A stretch of 44,996 nucleotides of DNA from a virus (taxonomy: Duplodnaviria; Caudoviricetes): positions 1 to 44,996 of IMG/VR virus record IMGVR_UViG_3300014208_000065. One strand, given 5' to 3'. Under the pieces are notes generated by a model. It ran no database searches and was not told the DNA's origin. It saw only the letters and a program-made list of their open reading frames with translations. Made by a program: the position numbers and the translations under genes. The first letter of the stretch is position 1; each line of letters starts with the position of its first letter. This document shows, piece after piece, positions 9,875-18,781 of this stretch.

Positions 9875-10153
9875 TTATCCGAAGATAGCGGTCTTGCTCG
9901 CGGAGTACATCCCGGCAGCAATCAGCCAGCCAACAATCGAGTAGAAGATGCTGGAGTAGATATGCTGTGCGGTGGACAGTTCAGCCGCACCCCAGATCAG
10001 GTGAAACGGCAGGAATAGGACCATCGCAATGACGAACGAGACCAACAGGGATAATCGCCCGGTTAGTTCCCATTGTGTTTTTGCGACTTGGATGAGGATT
10101 GCGGCGACAGCTGCTATTCCTGCCGCTGTGATCGGACCTGAAAGCTGCTCCAT
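9875..10153 (-). CDS. Putative holin (3 TM)
   Basis: 92 aa with three hydrophobic segments, next to endolysin; GAGGGAGG RBS. Confidence 0.7.
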   Translation of the reverse strand: MEQLSGPITAAGIAAVAAILIQVAKTQWELTGRLSLLVSFVIAMVLFLPFHLIWGAAELSTAQHIYSSIFYSIVGWLIAAGMYSASKTAIFG

Positions 10154-10187
10154 GTGTGTTCCTCCCTCGGTACTACTACGTACCGGT

Positions 10188-10200
10188 GATATTATACCAC
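10188..10200 (-). promoter_or_regulatory. Extended -10 promoter element upstream of holin
   Basis: GTGGTATAATATC, identical to 22085-22097 on +. Confidence 0.5.
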
Positions 10201-11508
10201 CTTAGGTATCTCTACTCCGTCAAGTTTGTAGTCCGCGTCCGCGGTGTGGATCGCAATGTCAACCGTCAGGTGATCGGTCGGTGGCGGGGGAGGGGGAGGC
10301 GGTTCGTCCGTCACGTCCGCTTCAACCACACCCAGCACGGTGTAGCGCCCGTTCTGCTTGTAATCTCCGCGCCAGCGCCAGTGTCCAGCGGTGACCGGGG
10401 TATCGCAGGTTGGGTTGTGGTCGTACACAGCACCTACAGCCAGGTCGAAGTCGGGCGTGAAGCCGAAGCCGGGGCCGCCAACGCCGTCCTTCATGTCCTC
10501 GACCGCCAGCCCGATCCCGGACAGCAGGCCTTCGCCCGTGTTCTTGACCTTCAGGTGGGCGGTGACCTTATCGCCTGCAACGGGCGGCCAGGGGGCGATG
10601 GTGAACGGCTCGACCAGCTCCATCTTGCCAACAGCGGGCGGCGGGCCTGGGTCCCGGTCCACGCACAGCAGGATCTCGGCGGGTTGGGCAGCTCCCAGCA
10701 GACGGGTGAACGATGCCCGCGATAACCAGGCTCCCTTACCTTCGCACCAGTCGAAGCCCCAGGTGTTAGGCAGGAAGAACGCGTTGCGCTGGTCGGACCA
10801 CCAGTAGCTGAACATCGCATGGCCGCCGAGCATCGAGCCCCACGATCCGGTCTGCCAGTAGATCCAATATTCGTTCTGCCCGGTAACCGCGTTGCGAATC
10901 AGCTTCGGGGACAGCATCGCCTGATACACGGCGATACCGATCTGGATATAGATCCCATTACCCAAGGCCGTTCGGATGCTGTCCGCGTCATACCCAAAGC
11001 TGTAGGATAAGATCCCTTCTGCGACGGAGGCGGGCTGCTTCTTGCCGCCGATGATCTGCACGCCACCCCAATCCATAAGGGCCCGTCCGACCGATTGCAT
11101 CGTTGCACCAGCGTTCTTATTGCAAGCGCTATCGCCCATAATGCGGCGGCATTGGCAGTAGAGAGCCAGGTAGTCGTAGAGCTTATCAGCACCCGGCTTG
11201 CTGTTGCGGGCTGTGGTAGCCTGGGCGCCGGATGCACCGACGCACGTACCACCCACTTGGTTGTAGGCGTCAACGATGTTCTGCCCGTCCGCATGGGTCG
11301 GGTAGTACAGCGGGTTCTCGACCGCACCGGCAGCGGGAACCGATAGCCCCCAGTTGTCCAGGCTGTAGAGCCGGAGCAGCTGTTCCTTATGTTCCGGCGG
11401 GGTCGGTATCCAGCCGAAGCGTTCCGGCGAGATGTCATAGGTTACGTCGCCACGCTCGTATTCGTTGTGCTTATTGAGCTTTTCGTCCCATTTCTCAGTT
11501 GGCATCAT
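10192..11508 (-). CDS. Papain-like (C1) cysteine peptidase with C-terminal Ig-like domain
   Basis: NQ..GTCV, GGHA and NTWG..W catalytic motifs; poly-Pro linkers. Confidence 0.8.
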   Translation of the reverse strand: MMPTEKWDEKLNKHNEYERGDVTYDISPERFGWIPTPPEHKEQLLRLYSLDNWGLSVPAAGAVENPLYYPTHADGQNIVDAYNQVGGTCVGASGAQATTARNSKPGADKLYDYLALYCQCRRIMGDSACNKNAGATMQSVGRALMDWGGVQIIGGKKQPASVAEGILSYSFGYDADSIRTALGNGIYIQIGIAVYQAMLSPKLIRNAVTGQNEYWIYWQTGSWGSMLGGHAMFSYWWSDQRNAFFLPNTWGFDWCEGKGAWLSRASFTRLLGAAQPAEILLCVDRDPGPPPAVGKMELVEPFTIAPWPPVAGDKVTAHLKVKNTGEGLLSGIGLAVEDMKDGVGGPGFGFTPDFDLAVGAVYDHNPTCDTPVTAGHWRWRGDYKQNGRYTVLGVVEADVTDEPPPPPPPPTDHLTVDIAIHTADADYKLDGVEIPKVV

Positions 11509-12307
11509 TCACCTCGATGAGCTTGTCCAGCTCTCTAACATATAGTCTCAAAGAAAAATCATCAGCCGGCGGCGGTTCGTCGCCGGGGAACGGCACGGCC
11601 GGGTTCCACACGTCGAAGTCGATTGCACCGGGCACACCAAAGCGGTTGTTCACAATGCCGGCTTGCCACACGGTCCACGATGGCCAGTCCGCCATGACCC
11701 ACGGCTTCTCGACACCCCAATGGGCAGGCCAGGCGTCCGCTTCTTCTTTCCAGTGGGTTGACCGCTTCACGTAGTAGTCCCACCATGACTTGCGGGAGTA
11801 AATAAAGTAGCGTTCGGCGTTCACGAACGGCTTGCATTTGATCAGCAGGTTCCAGATCACGTCGGTGATCTTCGCTGAATCTTGCCCGTCCCACACCTCG
11901 CAGTCGAGAGCGAAGCCATAAACCGGTTTGCCTTCGAGTGCCTTCTTGATCGTGTCAAGCTGGTATTGGGTGGCAACGCCGGGACGCACGAAGTGGTAGG
12001 CGGTGAGGGGCAGGTGAAGTTCCTGGCACAGGGCGTAGGTGCGCTCAAACTTCGGGTCGTAGTAGCCGTAGCCCTCGGAGCATTTCGCAAGGACGAAGCG
12101 GATACCATCAGCCTTCGCCTTCACCAGGTCGATATCGCCCTGCCACTTTGAGATATCGATACCCCAGATCGGATAGTTGGTGAACACGGACGGGTGCGGC
12201 TCGACGGATGCTGCACCACGATTCTCCCAGATGAGAGTTGTCCAGTCGCCGTAGTACGGCACGGTAACGGGCGGCGGGAAAAGTCCAAGTCTTTGCAGAA
12301 TATTCAT
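11495..12307 (-). CDS. GH25 muramidase endolysin
   Basis: GIDISKWQG, AKCSEG, AYHF, LDCE, WQ and DFD motifs; AGGAG RBS before ATG 12307. Confidence 0.9.
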   Translation of the reverse strand: MNILQRLGLFPPPVTVPYYGDWTTLIWENRGAASVEPHPSVFTNYPIWGIDISKWQGDIDLVKAKADGIRFVLAKCSEGYGYYDPKFERTYALCQELHLPLTAYHFVRPGVATQYQLDTIKKALEGKPVYGFALDCEVWDGQDSAKITDVIWNLLIKCKPFVNAERYFIYSRKSWWDYYVKRSTHWKEEADAWPAHWGVEKPWVMADWPSWTVWQAGIVNNRFGVPGAIDFDVWNPAVPFPGDEPPPADDFSLRLYVRELDKLIEVNDAN

Positions 12308-12449
12308 GTCATCTCCTAGTTGTTGCAGTAGGTACAGTAGTATCGTTCGCTGGGCCAGACGACGGCGGTCATCAGCAGCATCCGCCGCCAGGACCACAGC
12401 ACGCGGCGGTCTCCGTGGCGCATCAGCAGCAGGTGGAGGTCGAGGAGGG

Positions 12450-12815
12450 TCATGGCTGTTCCTCCAACACGGCTAATAACGCGGCACGACAAATGGCAAG
12501 AGGAGCGGTTTCCGCCCATGCATTCCGCCACTCGTCTCCAGCATAATGAACTTCTGCTCGTGAAAAACCTCCATGTTCGTACTCTAGTTCAAAGCCTTGC
12601 ATTTTCTCCACTAACCGCCACGCGGCAGTGATGTTGGTGGAGTAAAAATCAACAACTGGAGCACCATTCCACTGAATAGAATCTTGAGTGTGTATCAGAT
12701 ATCCTTCACACATATGCACGTTTGGCAATCCCATCACGTACTCGGCTACCCACGCATCCATCTGCATGCCAGCGGGTTCGTCTCGTACCTGCTCAATAGT
12801 CGGTCGGCGGGTCAT
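12450..12815 (-). CDS. Phage ABA-sandwich (BC1872-like) protein, copy 2
   Basis: YSTNITAAWRLVEKM...APLAICRAAL; paralog of 8984-9331. Confidence 0.7.
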   Translation of the reverse strand: MTRRPTIEQVRDEPAGMQMDAWVAEYVMGLPNVHMCEGYLIHTQDSIQWNGAPVVDFYSTNITAAWRLVEKMQGFELEYEHGGFSRAEVHYAGDEWRNAWAETAPLAICRAALLAVLEEQP

Positions 12816-13039
12816 GGCTGCCATCCTTCAAGTTTGATAAATTCATGAAAGCCACAATCGTTAGAGCATACAACACTCGGATTTACTGTTCCATCTTCGG
12901 CTATTTCGTGATCAGACAGTGAACCAATCCTCCCACAATTCGGGCATGTAAAACTGGCTTTCCGCCCGCCCGGAGTTTGTAGACCTTTCCAGGTTCCCGG
13001 TTTATGGTCATTGTTCTGGGGGTAAGATGCTACGCTCAT
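12812..13039 (-). CDS. Small zinc-finger protein
   Basis: CPNC...C..C.H. Confidence 0.55.
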   Translation of the reverse strand: MSVASYPQNNDHKPGTWKGLQTPGGRKASFTCPNCGRIGSLSDHEIAEDGTVNPSVVCSNDCGFHEFIKLEGWQP

Positions 13040-13338
13040 AGCTTCTGCTCCTTGCAAATAGAGCAATTGCAATAATTGTGAAATTGATTTTCTGGACTCG
13101 GTTCGCCATCTTCGTCAAGGTAATAGAAATTAGCGGCTTGACAATTCGCGAAGGTAAAAGGTTTGTCGTCACAACCAGGAACCCTCTTTAGTCTGATCTC
13201 CGTCCACATGCTATTATCGAACCAAGGGTCAGGCTGTACCCGCATAAATCGCGCCTTCGCTTTTCCTGCGGTCACTCCATGCACCAGGACGCACCACTCC
13301 GAATCGTCAAACTCGGCTCGATAGGCTCTCAGTATCAT
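13036..13338 (-). CDS. Hypothetical protein with C-terminal Cys cluster
   Basis: ATGA-coupled; CNCSIC. Confidence 0.5.
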   Translation of the reverse strand: MILRAYRAEFDDSEWCVLVHGVTAGKAKARFMRVQPDPWFDNSMWTEIRLKRVPGCDDKPFTFANCQAANFYYLDEDGEPSPENQFHNYCNCSICKEQKL

Positions 13339-13526
13339 GGTTTCTTCTCCTTGATCCGCTTCTCGGCGTCGGGATTGCACGTCAGGCAGGTCAGGTAGTG
13401 GCCGTCCAGCCAGCCGTAGACGTGGGGGGTGTGGGTCTTGCACTCGCCGCACCAGAGATAGCCAACGTTATCGCCGTCGTATACCCGCTGGACGGGGGAG
13501 GGTGAGGTGAGGGTTGCGGTTGTCAT
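13335..13526 (-). CDS. Small zinc-ribbon protein
   Basis: CGEC...CLTC; GAGGAG RBS. Confidence 0.55.
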   Translation of the reverse strand: MTTATLTSPSPVQRVYDGDNVGYLWCGECKTHTPHVYGWLDGHYLTCLTCNPDAEKRIKEKKP

Positions 13527-13541
13527 GGTTCAGTCTCCTCT

Positions 13542-13901
13542 CTACAACTCGTCCGCTTCAATCAGTGCGACCAGCAGCTCCAGGCCAGCGGTTGGTCCCA
13601 AGTAGCGGTTGTTCTCGTACCCGCGCGCTATCCGCCGGGCGTGGAAGTTGGCAATCATCGCCGCTATCAGCAGGCTGATACCATACTGCGCTTCGGCGTC
13701 CATCTCTTCGTACAGCCGGATTGCTCGCAGTGCATGGATCTCGTCCGGTCTGGTCTCGGATAGCTTCTTGCGGATCAGGCCAGCAGCTGAGACCAGCGCC
13801 TGGTGTGATTTGCAGACCGGGTGGCCGTTGCCGTTCGTCTGCTGGTAGCCGGTCTCAGCACCGCAGATTGCACAGTAGGTATTCCGTCGTGTCTCAATCA
13901 T
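13542..13901 (-). CDS. Hypothetical protein with N-terminal Zn finger
   Basis: AAGGAG RBS; CAIC...C..H. Confidence 0.5.
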   Translation of the reverse strand: MIETRRNTYCAICGAETGYQQTNGNGHPVCKSHQALVSAAGLIRKKLSETRPDEIHALRAIRLYEEMDAEAQYGISLLIAAMIANFHARRIARGYENNRYLGPTAGLELLVALIEADEL

Positions 13902-14250
13902 GGTTCTCCTTGATTTGTGCTGCCCGTTGTGCGTATTCCGCGTAGCGCAGCGCTTCTCCGCTGTCAACCCAGGAGGCTGGGACGCGCAGTACCATCCATC
14001 CCAGCAGCGCCGCCTCGTTGTATTTGCGGCAGTCCTCAATGAACCCCGCGGGTGAGACATGACGACCGCCAGAAAATATGCCCCCCTCTATTTCAATCGC
14101 GATCTTCAGCTCAGGATTAGCGAAGTCCAGCCGCCAACGACGGGTAGGGTGGAACATCGCTTCCCGCACCCAGCCGGTAAGCTCGGCGGCCTTCAGCTGG
14201 AAGGCGAAGGCTTCTTCGTATTCGCTGCGTGCCCGGATGCGGCGGGTTAT
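13894..14250 (-). CDS. DUF559/Vsr-like PD-(D/E)XK endonuclease
   Basis: FHPTRRWRLDFA...IAIEIEGG...D..KYN...GW; frame open to ATA at 14250. Confidence 0.75.
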   Translation of the reverse strand: MTRRIRARSEYEEAFAFQLKAAELTGWVREAMFHPTRRWRLDFANPELKIAIEIEGGIFSGGRHVSPAGFIEDCRKYNEAALLGWMVLRVPASWVDSGEALRYAEYAQRAAQIKENHD

Positions 14251-14447
14251 GGCTTCTCTCTTTCTAGGTCATCTTCGGAAAGTTCAACAACCAAGTCAAA
14301 ACCAATCTCGCCCGCCTTTTTGTGAGCTTTTTCAAACATTGGTTCGTTGTGAGTTCTATGAGCTAAATACATTTGCTCAATCAAATTGGTCAGTGCGTCT
14401 GCCTTCTCTAGAAGTGTTGTTGGATTCTCAATTTCTATGCTCATCAT
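14247..14447 (-). CDS. Hypothetical protein
   Basis: RBS and tight operon packing. Confidence 0.5.
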   Translation of the reverse strand: MMSIEIENPTTLLEKADALTNLIEQMYLAHRTHNEPMFEKAHKKAGEIGFDLVVELSEDDLEREKP

Positions 14448-14449
14448 CT

Positions 14450-14785
14450 CTACTCCTTATCTCTTCCTGGTATCCTGATTAGATCAGTCGTCAATCCGTC
14501 GATCTGAGATTGTGATAAGTTAATCTTCTCCCCGCGCATATCAGTTGGCATCTCGGGTATCATCATCCAATGCGTCACTGGCTCGGCTATCTGAAACGGG
14601 CTGTTGTCACCGTAAAACATGTTGTCAAAATACCAGACAGGCTCGGCGTTTGGAGCGATAGACAACCAGCACCGCGCTACGGCCAATCTCGGACGCTGTC
14701 CAAACTCGCGGGCGCAGACTAAAACCGGTTCGCTAATATTCCCAGGGTTAGCAGGCAGCTTGTCGTTTACTGATACCCAAGTCAT
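14450..14785 (-). CDS. DUF551-family protein
   Basis: WVSVNDKLP...VLV...VTHWMMIPEMP. Confidence 0.8.
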   Translation of the reverse strand: MTWVSVNDKLPANPGNISEPVLVCAREFGQRPRLAVARCWLSIAPNAEPVWYFDNMFYGDNSPFQIAEPVTHWMMIPEMPTDMRGEKINLSQSQIDGLTTDLIRIPGRDKE

Positions 14786-15483
14786 GGCTGCACCTCCACT
14801 CTCTTGAACTCAATTACCCACACCCACGGATTGCTCGACCAGGGATAGCCGCGCTTGGCGTTGAGGCTGTCCCATAGATCGTGAAATCCATTTCTATATG
14901 ACCCGTCCGTGTACTGCCGGAACTTATCAGATTTCGGGAACCACATCGCCGCTCCCTCGGCCTTTGCGTCCTCTTCGCTGATGTCCTGCAACCGCTCGAC
15001 GCGGATACCTGTTATCTCCAACATGATCCGGCTTGCCCAGCGGGGCATAAAGAGAGGAGCCCGCCATTTGCCGAATTTGCTACACGTACTCCAGTCACAT
15101 CCCTTTTCCCAAAGTTTGATACTTTCCTGGCCTTCGTACCCGTTGATCTCAAAGATTGTCCCGTCAGCCTCATACTGAAGGTAATAAGGACAATCGCGGT
15201 CATATCCATCAATCAATTTATCGGCATACCGCCACTTCTCTTTCACCCAAAGGCGGTCGCCAGGACTGCCGTACTTACACCTTGCGAGACCGCGCTGAGA
15301 ATAAGCATCTGCGCTCATCTGTATCCATTGGCCAGGCAACCCATAGCCATCGAATGGGGCCGGTTCAAAGCGCACGCACCAAGGTAACGGTTGCGGAACT
15401 ATCACCCGCCGCGTCATTGTCTTTCGCCCGTCCAGGATAGCGCGGACGGATTCGGCACTCATTATGATTGGACGGTCTGTCAT
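14782..15483 (-). CDS. Conserved phage ASCH/PUA-like protein
   Basis: RAILDGRKTMTRR, GDRLWVKE, MPRWASRI, ERLQDISEEDAKAEG, NPWVWVIEF. Confidence 0.75.
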   Translation of the reverse strand: MTDRPIIMSAESVRAILDGRKTMTRRVIVPQPLPWCVRFEPAPFDGYGLPGQWIQMSADAYSQRGLARCKYGSPGDRLWVKEKWRYADKLIDGYDRDCPYYLQYEADGTIFEINGYEGQESIKLWEKGCDWSTCSKFGKWRAPLFMPRWASRIMLEITGIRVERLQDISEEDAKAEGAAMWFPKSDKFRQYTDGSYRNGFHDLWDSLNAKRGYPWSSNPWVWVIEFKRVEVQP

Positions 15484-16301
15484 GGCTCACTCTCCAATTC
15501 CTCTTCTCCGATATAGCACTCTGCTGAACATCTGCAATCTCCAGGCCGGACAACCTGCATCGGTGCGCCACAACGCGGGCACGTTGCAGACCAGCGACCG
15601 CCGAAGCCGTCCTCGATGTAGGCTTCATCACGCTCCATTCGTGGAACGCCCCTCAGTCTAGCCACAAGCTGCTCATGCCAACTGGCGACTTCCGGGGCCT
15701 CTGTGTCATCGATGAAGCCCTCCAGGGCGTTACTGGCGATGGTGTCTACCTCAGCTTCGGACATTCCGCGCTCCGTGATCAGCGCCGTCCTCAGCGCAAG
15801 TCGCTCTTTGTCAATGTCCACCAGCAGCTTGTTCGCCTGCACGATGTACGCTTCCAGTTCCCGCACCCGACCGTTGAGTTTCTCAAATTTTTCCCACGCA
15901 TAACCTATCCCCCATGTATCATGGTCATGCTCGAAGTGCGGTTGATACTCGTCTGATTCACCTGCGCGGGCGGCATCAAACCCGGCATTGAATTGATCTA
16001 TCTCTTCGGCGTAGGACTGCTCAAGATCGGCTACCCTCGCCTCCAACTGGCGTATTCTCGCAATAATCTCCGGTGCGGCGTTGCGGAGGGCGACTATCAG
16101 ATCGAAGTTATTTTTGTCACAAGGGTCAAAATAATCAAAGGGATTTTCGCTCCGAACCACGACCTCGATACCTTCTGGGTCGGGATCTTCCGGTGCTTTG
16201 ATAAGCATGTCTGTTTCCCCGAAGCGATCTCCTAACTGCACCTCCCACGGTCGCGCCGTCGCGGCTTGCTCCATCCGTTCCAGTTCGTCAAGGTCTATCA
16301 T
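15480..16301 (-). CDS. Ead/Ea22-like mosaic protein
   Basis: LDELE..AAT..PW...IVALRNAAPEIIARIRQLE N-terminus; coiled coil; C-terminal Cys cluster. Confidence 0.6.
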   Translation of the reverse strand: MIDLDELERMEQAATARPWEVQLGDRFGETDMLIKAPEDPDPEGIEVVVRSENPFDYFDPCDKNNFDLIVALRNAAPEIIARIRQLEARVADLEQSYAEEIDQFNAGFDAARAGESDEYQPHFEHDHDTWGIGYAWEKFEKLNGRVRELEAYIVQANKLLVDIDKERLALRTALITERGMSEAEVDTIASNALEGFIDDTEAPEVASWHEQLVARLRGVPRMERDEAYIEDGFGGRWSATCPRCGAPMQVVRPGDCRCSAECYIGEEELESEP

Positions 16302-16558
16302 GGTTCAGTCTCCTCTCTCTGTTCGTCTAATCTATACGTTTCTGTATAGGATGCATACATGGTTCATGTATTAATTGCCCGATTATTTGAACATGATCCG
16401 CTTGTCATATAATATTCCGGGCTTTTTTTGAACGCGTCGCTTGTATAATCAGAATAATCATAGTTTGAACGGTATGTGCCATTCAAAATCTTTCTGTAAA
16501 TATCTAACCATCGCGATAGGTCAATCATCTCTGCCTCTCTTCCAGCTTCAGGTATTCG

Positions 16559-16723
16559 TCAAGGTTTTGCATTATGCGCTTTCTGGTTTGCGAGGATAGA
16601 GAACAACAAACCAATAGCAAAGTACTCGAAGAATGGATCGCCGTGCAGGAGTGCGATTCCCGCAAATGTCAAGCATAATAGTGCTATTACAGAAAAGACT
16701 AACGCAAATATAAGGTCCAACAT
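16559..16723 (-). CDS. Small two-TM membrane protein (54 aa; not in ORF track)
   Basis: MLDLIFALVFSVIALLCLTFAGIALL...; AT-rich. Confidence 0.45.
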   Translation of the reverse strand: MLDLIFALVFSVIALLCLTFAGIALLHGDPFFEYFAIGLLFSILANQKAHNAKP

Positions 16724-16724
16724 G

Positions 16725-16940
16725 TCAATGCCTCTCTCTCAGCTTCAGGTCCAGGTCGATCCGCCGGACGAACGCGGGCGTGTCCTGCTGCGCTTCGGCC
16801 AGCTTGCTCTCGTATGCCCACACCAGCCCGCACGTCTCGCACGATTGGCGGTGGTTGCTGATTGCGGACGCGGGCATCGTGCCTGCAAAATATTCACGCA
16901 GGATCAGGTGGTACTTGGCGCAGTATTGAGGTGAGTTCAT
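16725..16940 (-). CDS. Hypothetical protein
   Basis: GGAGG RBS; ATGA-coupled to rep; H..C..C. Confidence 0.5.
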   Translation of the reverse strand: MNSPQYCAKYHLILREYFAGTMPASAISNHRQSCETCGLVWAYESKLAEAQQDTPAFVRRIDLDLKLRERH

Positions 16941-17860
16941 GTGGCCTCCAGTGCAAATTGAACGTCTGTCATGTAGATATTTTGCAGGTCTGCGGCGAAT
17001 CTGGATCGTGCATAATTCAGGGCGTCTTGTGTGTCTGCAATTACGGTAACTTTGTCGCCGTCGTGTACTGGTCTAAGTTGTTCTGCAATCGCCTTAGCGG
17101 GACGCGGTAAGTCGTTGAGAAACATTAGCCAGTTCTTGTCTGTAACTTTGTCTGGCGTATCTTTTGGCATGTCCTCGTACTGCGGCACGCCGGAGGTATA
17201 GTCTTTTTGTGCGGCAGGTGAAACCCTGGCGTTAGCGGCCTGGATGCGCTTGGATCGGCTGGTCATTACACCACCTTCAAGTTGGCCGATGGTTTTAGCT
17301 GGCTTCAAGTTCTGGTCGACGCGCCATTTGAGGGCGGCGCGGATGTCTTCTTCGGTGATTCTGTCTTTAACGAACAGGTTGATTGTCTTGACATCGTTCG
17401 GTGACATCATCAGTCCGGTTAGCTTTTCTACAAGATCACGCATCTTTGTGAAGTCGTCTAACTCTTCCTCTGTATGATGGTTAATATGATGGTTAAATGA
17501 TGGATTGGGTGAAGTGGGCTTCACCGTTGGGGTGAAGTGGGCTTCACCGTTAACGGTGAAATGGGCTTCACCGTTGCTCTCATCCATCGGTGAAGTGGGC
17601 TTCACCGTTAGTTTGAAGGTGTTGGACATCTTGCCGTAGCGCCTGTCATCGGTTATCACCAGCTCGCCTTCTTCTTGAAGCTCTCTCAGCATTTGCTGGA
17701 TGCGACGCTCTGTTACCCTCACCTTTTTCGCGAGGGTGGGAACACTCGGCCAGGCTGTACCTTCTTCGTTGGCGTGATCAGCGATGGCAAGCAGAAGGAG
17801 CAGGCTGCTGCCCTTCTGTGTCGAGTGTTCCCAGACTAGCGTCATTGCCTTGATGCTCAT
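16937..17860 (-). CDS. Phage replication initiator (N-terminal winged HTH, lambda O-like organisation)
   Basis: LLLAIADHAN..G.AWPSV.TLA......R.IQ..L..L N-terminus; contains iterons. Confidence 0.8.
   Translation of the reverse strand: MSIKAMTLVWEHSTQKGSSLLLLLAIADHANEEGTAWPSVPTLAKKVRVTERRIQQMLRELQEEGELVITDDRRYGKMSNTFKLTVKPTSPMDESNGEAHFTVNGEAHFTPTVKPTSPNPSFNHHINHHTEEELDDFTKMRDLVEKLTGLMMSPNDVKTINLFVKDRITEEDIRAALKWRVDQNLKPAKTIGQLEGGVMTSRSKRIQAANARVSPAAQKDYTSGVPQYEDMPKDTPDKVTDKNWLMFLNDLPRPAKAIAEQLRPVHDGDKVTVIADTQDALNYARSRFAADLQNIYMTDVQFALEAT
17508..17609. repeat. Four 21-bp iterons (putative replication origin)
   Basis: GGTGAARTGGGCTTCACCGTT at 17508, 17531, 17555 and 17589; each is palindromic; AT-richer ATGATGG repeats adjacent. 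Confidence 0.8.
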
Positions 17861-17865
17861 TAGTA

Positions 17866-18086
17866 CTGTTCGCTCCGGATCTTCGGGTTGCTCTCAGTCA
17901 TTGGCTCGCTCATGTTCTACGGTTTACTCAGTTTCTCTGGCTCGCTCGGTTCCATTGGGTTACTTCCATTCCTAGGCTCGCTCGGTATATACGGGTTGCT
18001 TTATATACATGGCTCGCTCTTTCTCTCTGGGTGTCTTCGGCTCCTTGGCTCGCTTCTTGTCAGCGGGTTACTCTTAATCTGTGGCT
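17866..18086 (-). ncRNA. TIGR-type dual-repeat guide-RNA array (6 x 36 nt, 12 spacers of 9 nt)
   Basis: On - strand, AGCGAGCCA alternates every 18 nt with AG(T/C)AACCC(G/A), separated by variable 9-mers; abuts the Nop-domain gene. Confidence 0.92.
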
Positions 18087-18760
18087 ACAGCACTCCAGCC
18101 GAACTCAGACGGAAGGTATTCATGTTCATGGTTCAGCCGTTCATGCACATACAGCGGTCTGGTTTCCAACCCTTCCATCTGCCGCCACACAAGCCACAGA
18201 TGGGACAGCCAAACCTTTATCATCTTGCGTAAAGCGGCATTGTGCTGATGTCCCTTCGTCCAGTCCGGGCGGTTAGCCTCGTAGTATTCGCGGGCGGCGT
18301 CGTACACGCTCCGGTACGGGCTATTACATCGCAAGAACGACTGCCCTATCAGATAACATGTCGTCTTTAGGCGGCTGTTATAGTGCAACTTCTCTCCTTT
18401 TGTGGGCTTCTCGCGTGCTCCGCCGATGACAGCGTATCCTGAATACCGCCATAAAGAACTGACTGTACTCGCCTCGCGGATATCGATCATACTGATCACC
18501 TTCGCCGCGAGAATGTCACCAACTCCCTTGATCTCGGTCATGCGTTCGATCAGCTCATTGCCTTTGACCATCTTGGATATGTCTTTGTCAAGTTCGTCTT
18601 CAAGACCCTGAAACCTGGACAGCCACTTTTCGATGACATCAGAGTCGCTGGTATCTGTTCCGCGTTCAATGGCGCTGATGCGGTTCGAGAAGGCAATGCG
18701 GTTCTTTTGTATTGTCCTGTCTCGAAGATCTACTAAGGCTCGTAATGTTGTCTCGTCCAT
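18074..18760 (-). CDS. tasA: TasA-like RNA-guided DNA-binding protein (IS110/Nop domain only, 228 aa)
   Basis: Coiled coil, then IKGVGDILAAKVI, SSLWRYSGY, GEKLHYNSRLKT and H..A.RKMIK; no RuvC/HNH domain; GAGGAG RBS; adjacent array. Confidence 0.85.
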   Translation of the reverse strand: MDETTLRALVDLRDRTIQKNRIAFSNRISAIERGTDTSDSDVIEKWLSRFQGLEDELDKDISKMVKGNELIERMTEIKGVGDILAAKVISMIDIREASTVSSLWRYSGYAVIGGAREKPTKGEKLHYNSRLKTTCYLIGQSFLRCNSPYRSVYDAAREYYEANRPDWTKGHQHNAALRKMIKVWLSHLWLVWRQMEGLETRPLYVHERLNHEHEYLPSEFGWSAVATD

Positions 18761-18781
18761 GTGGGTTGCTCCTCTTGCGAT

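Noticed and set aside
17866-18086. CRISPR array
   Set aside because: Repeats and spacers are only 9 nt, two repeat types alternate, and there are no cas genes
17888-18232. + strand 114-aa hydrophobic ORF with GSL/GLL periodicity
   Set aside because: It is the antisense translation of the 18/36-nt repeat array and overlaps tasA; no RBS; opposite to the operon
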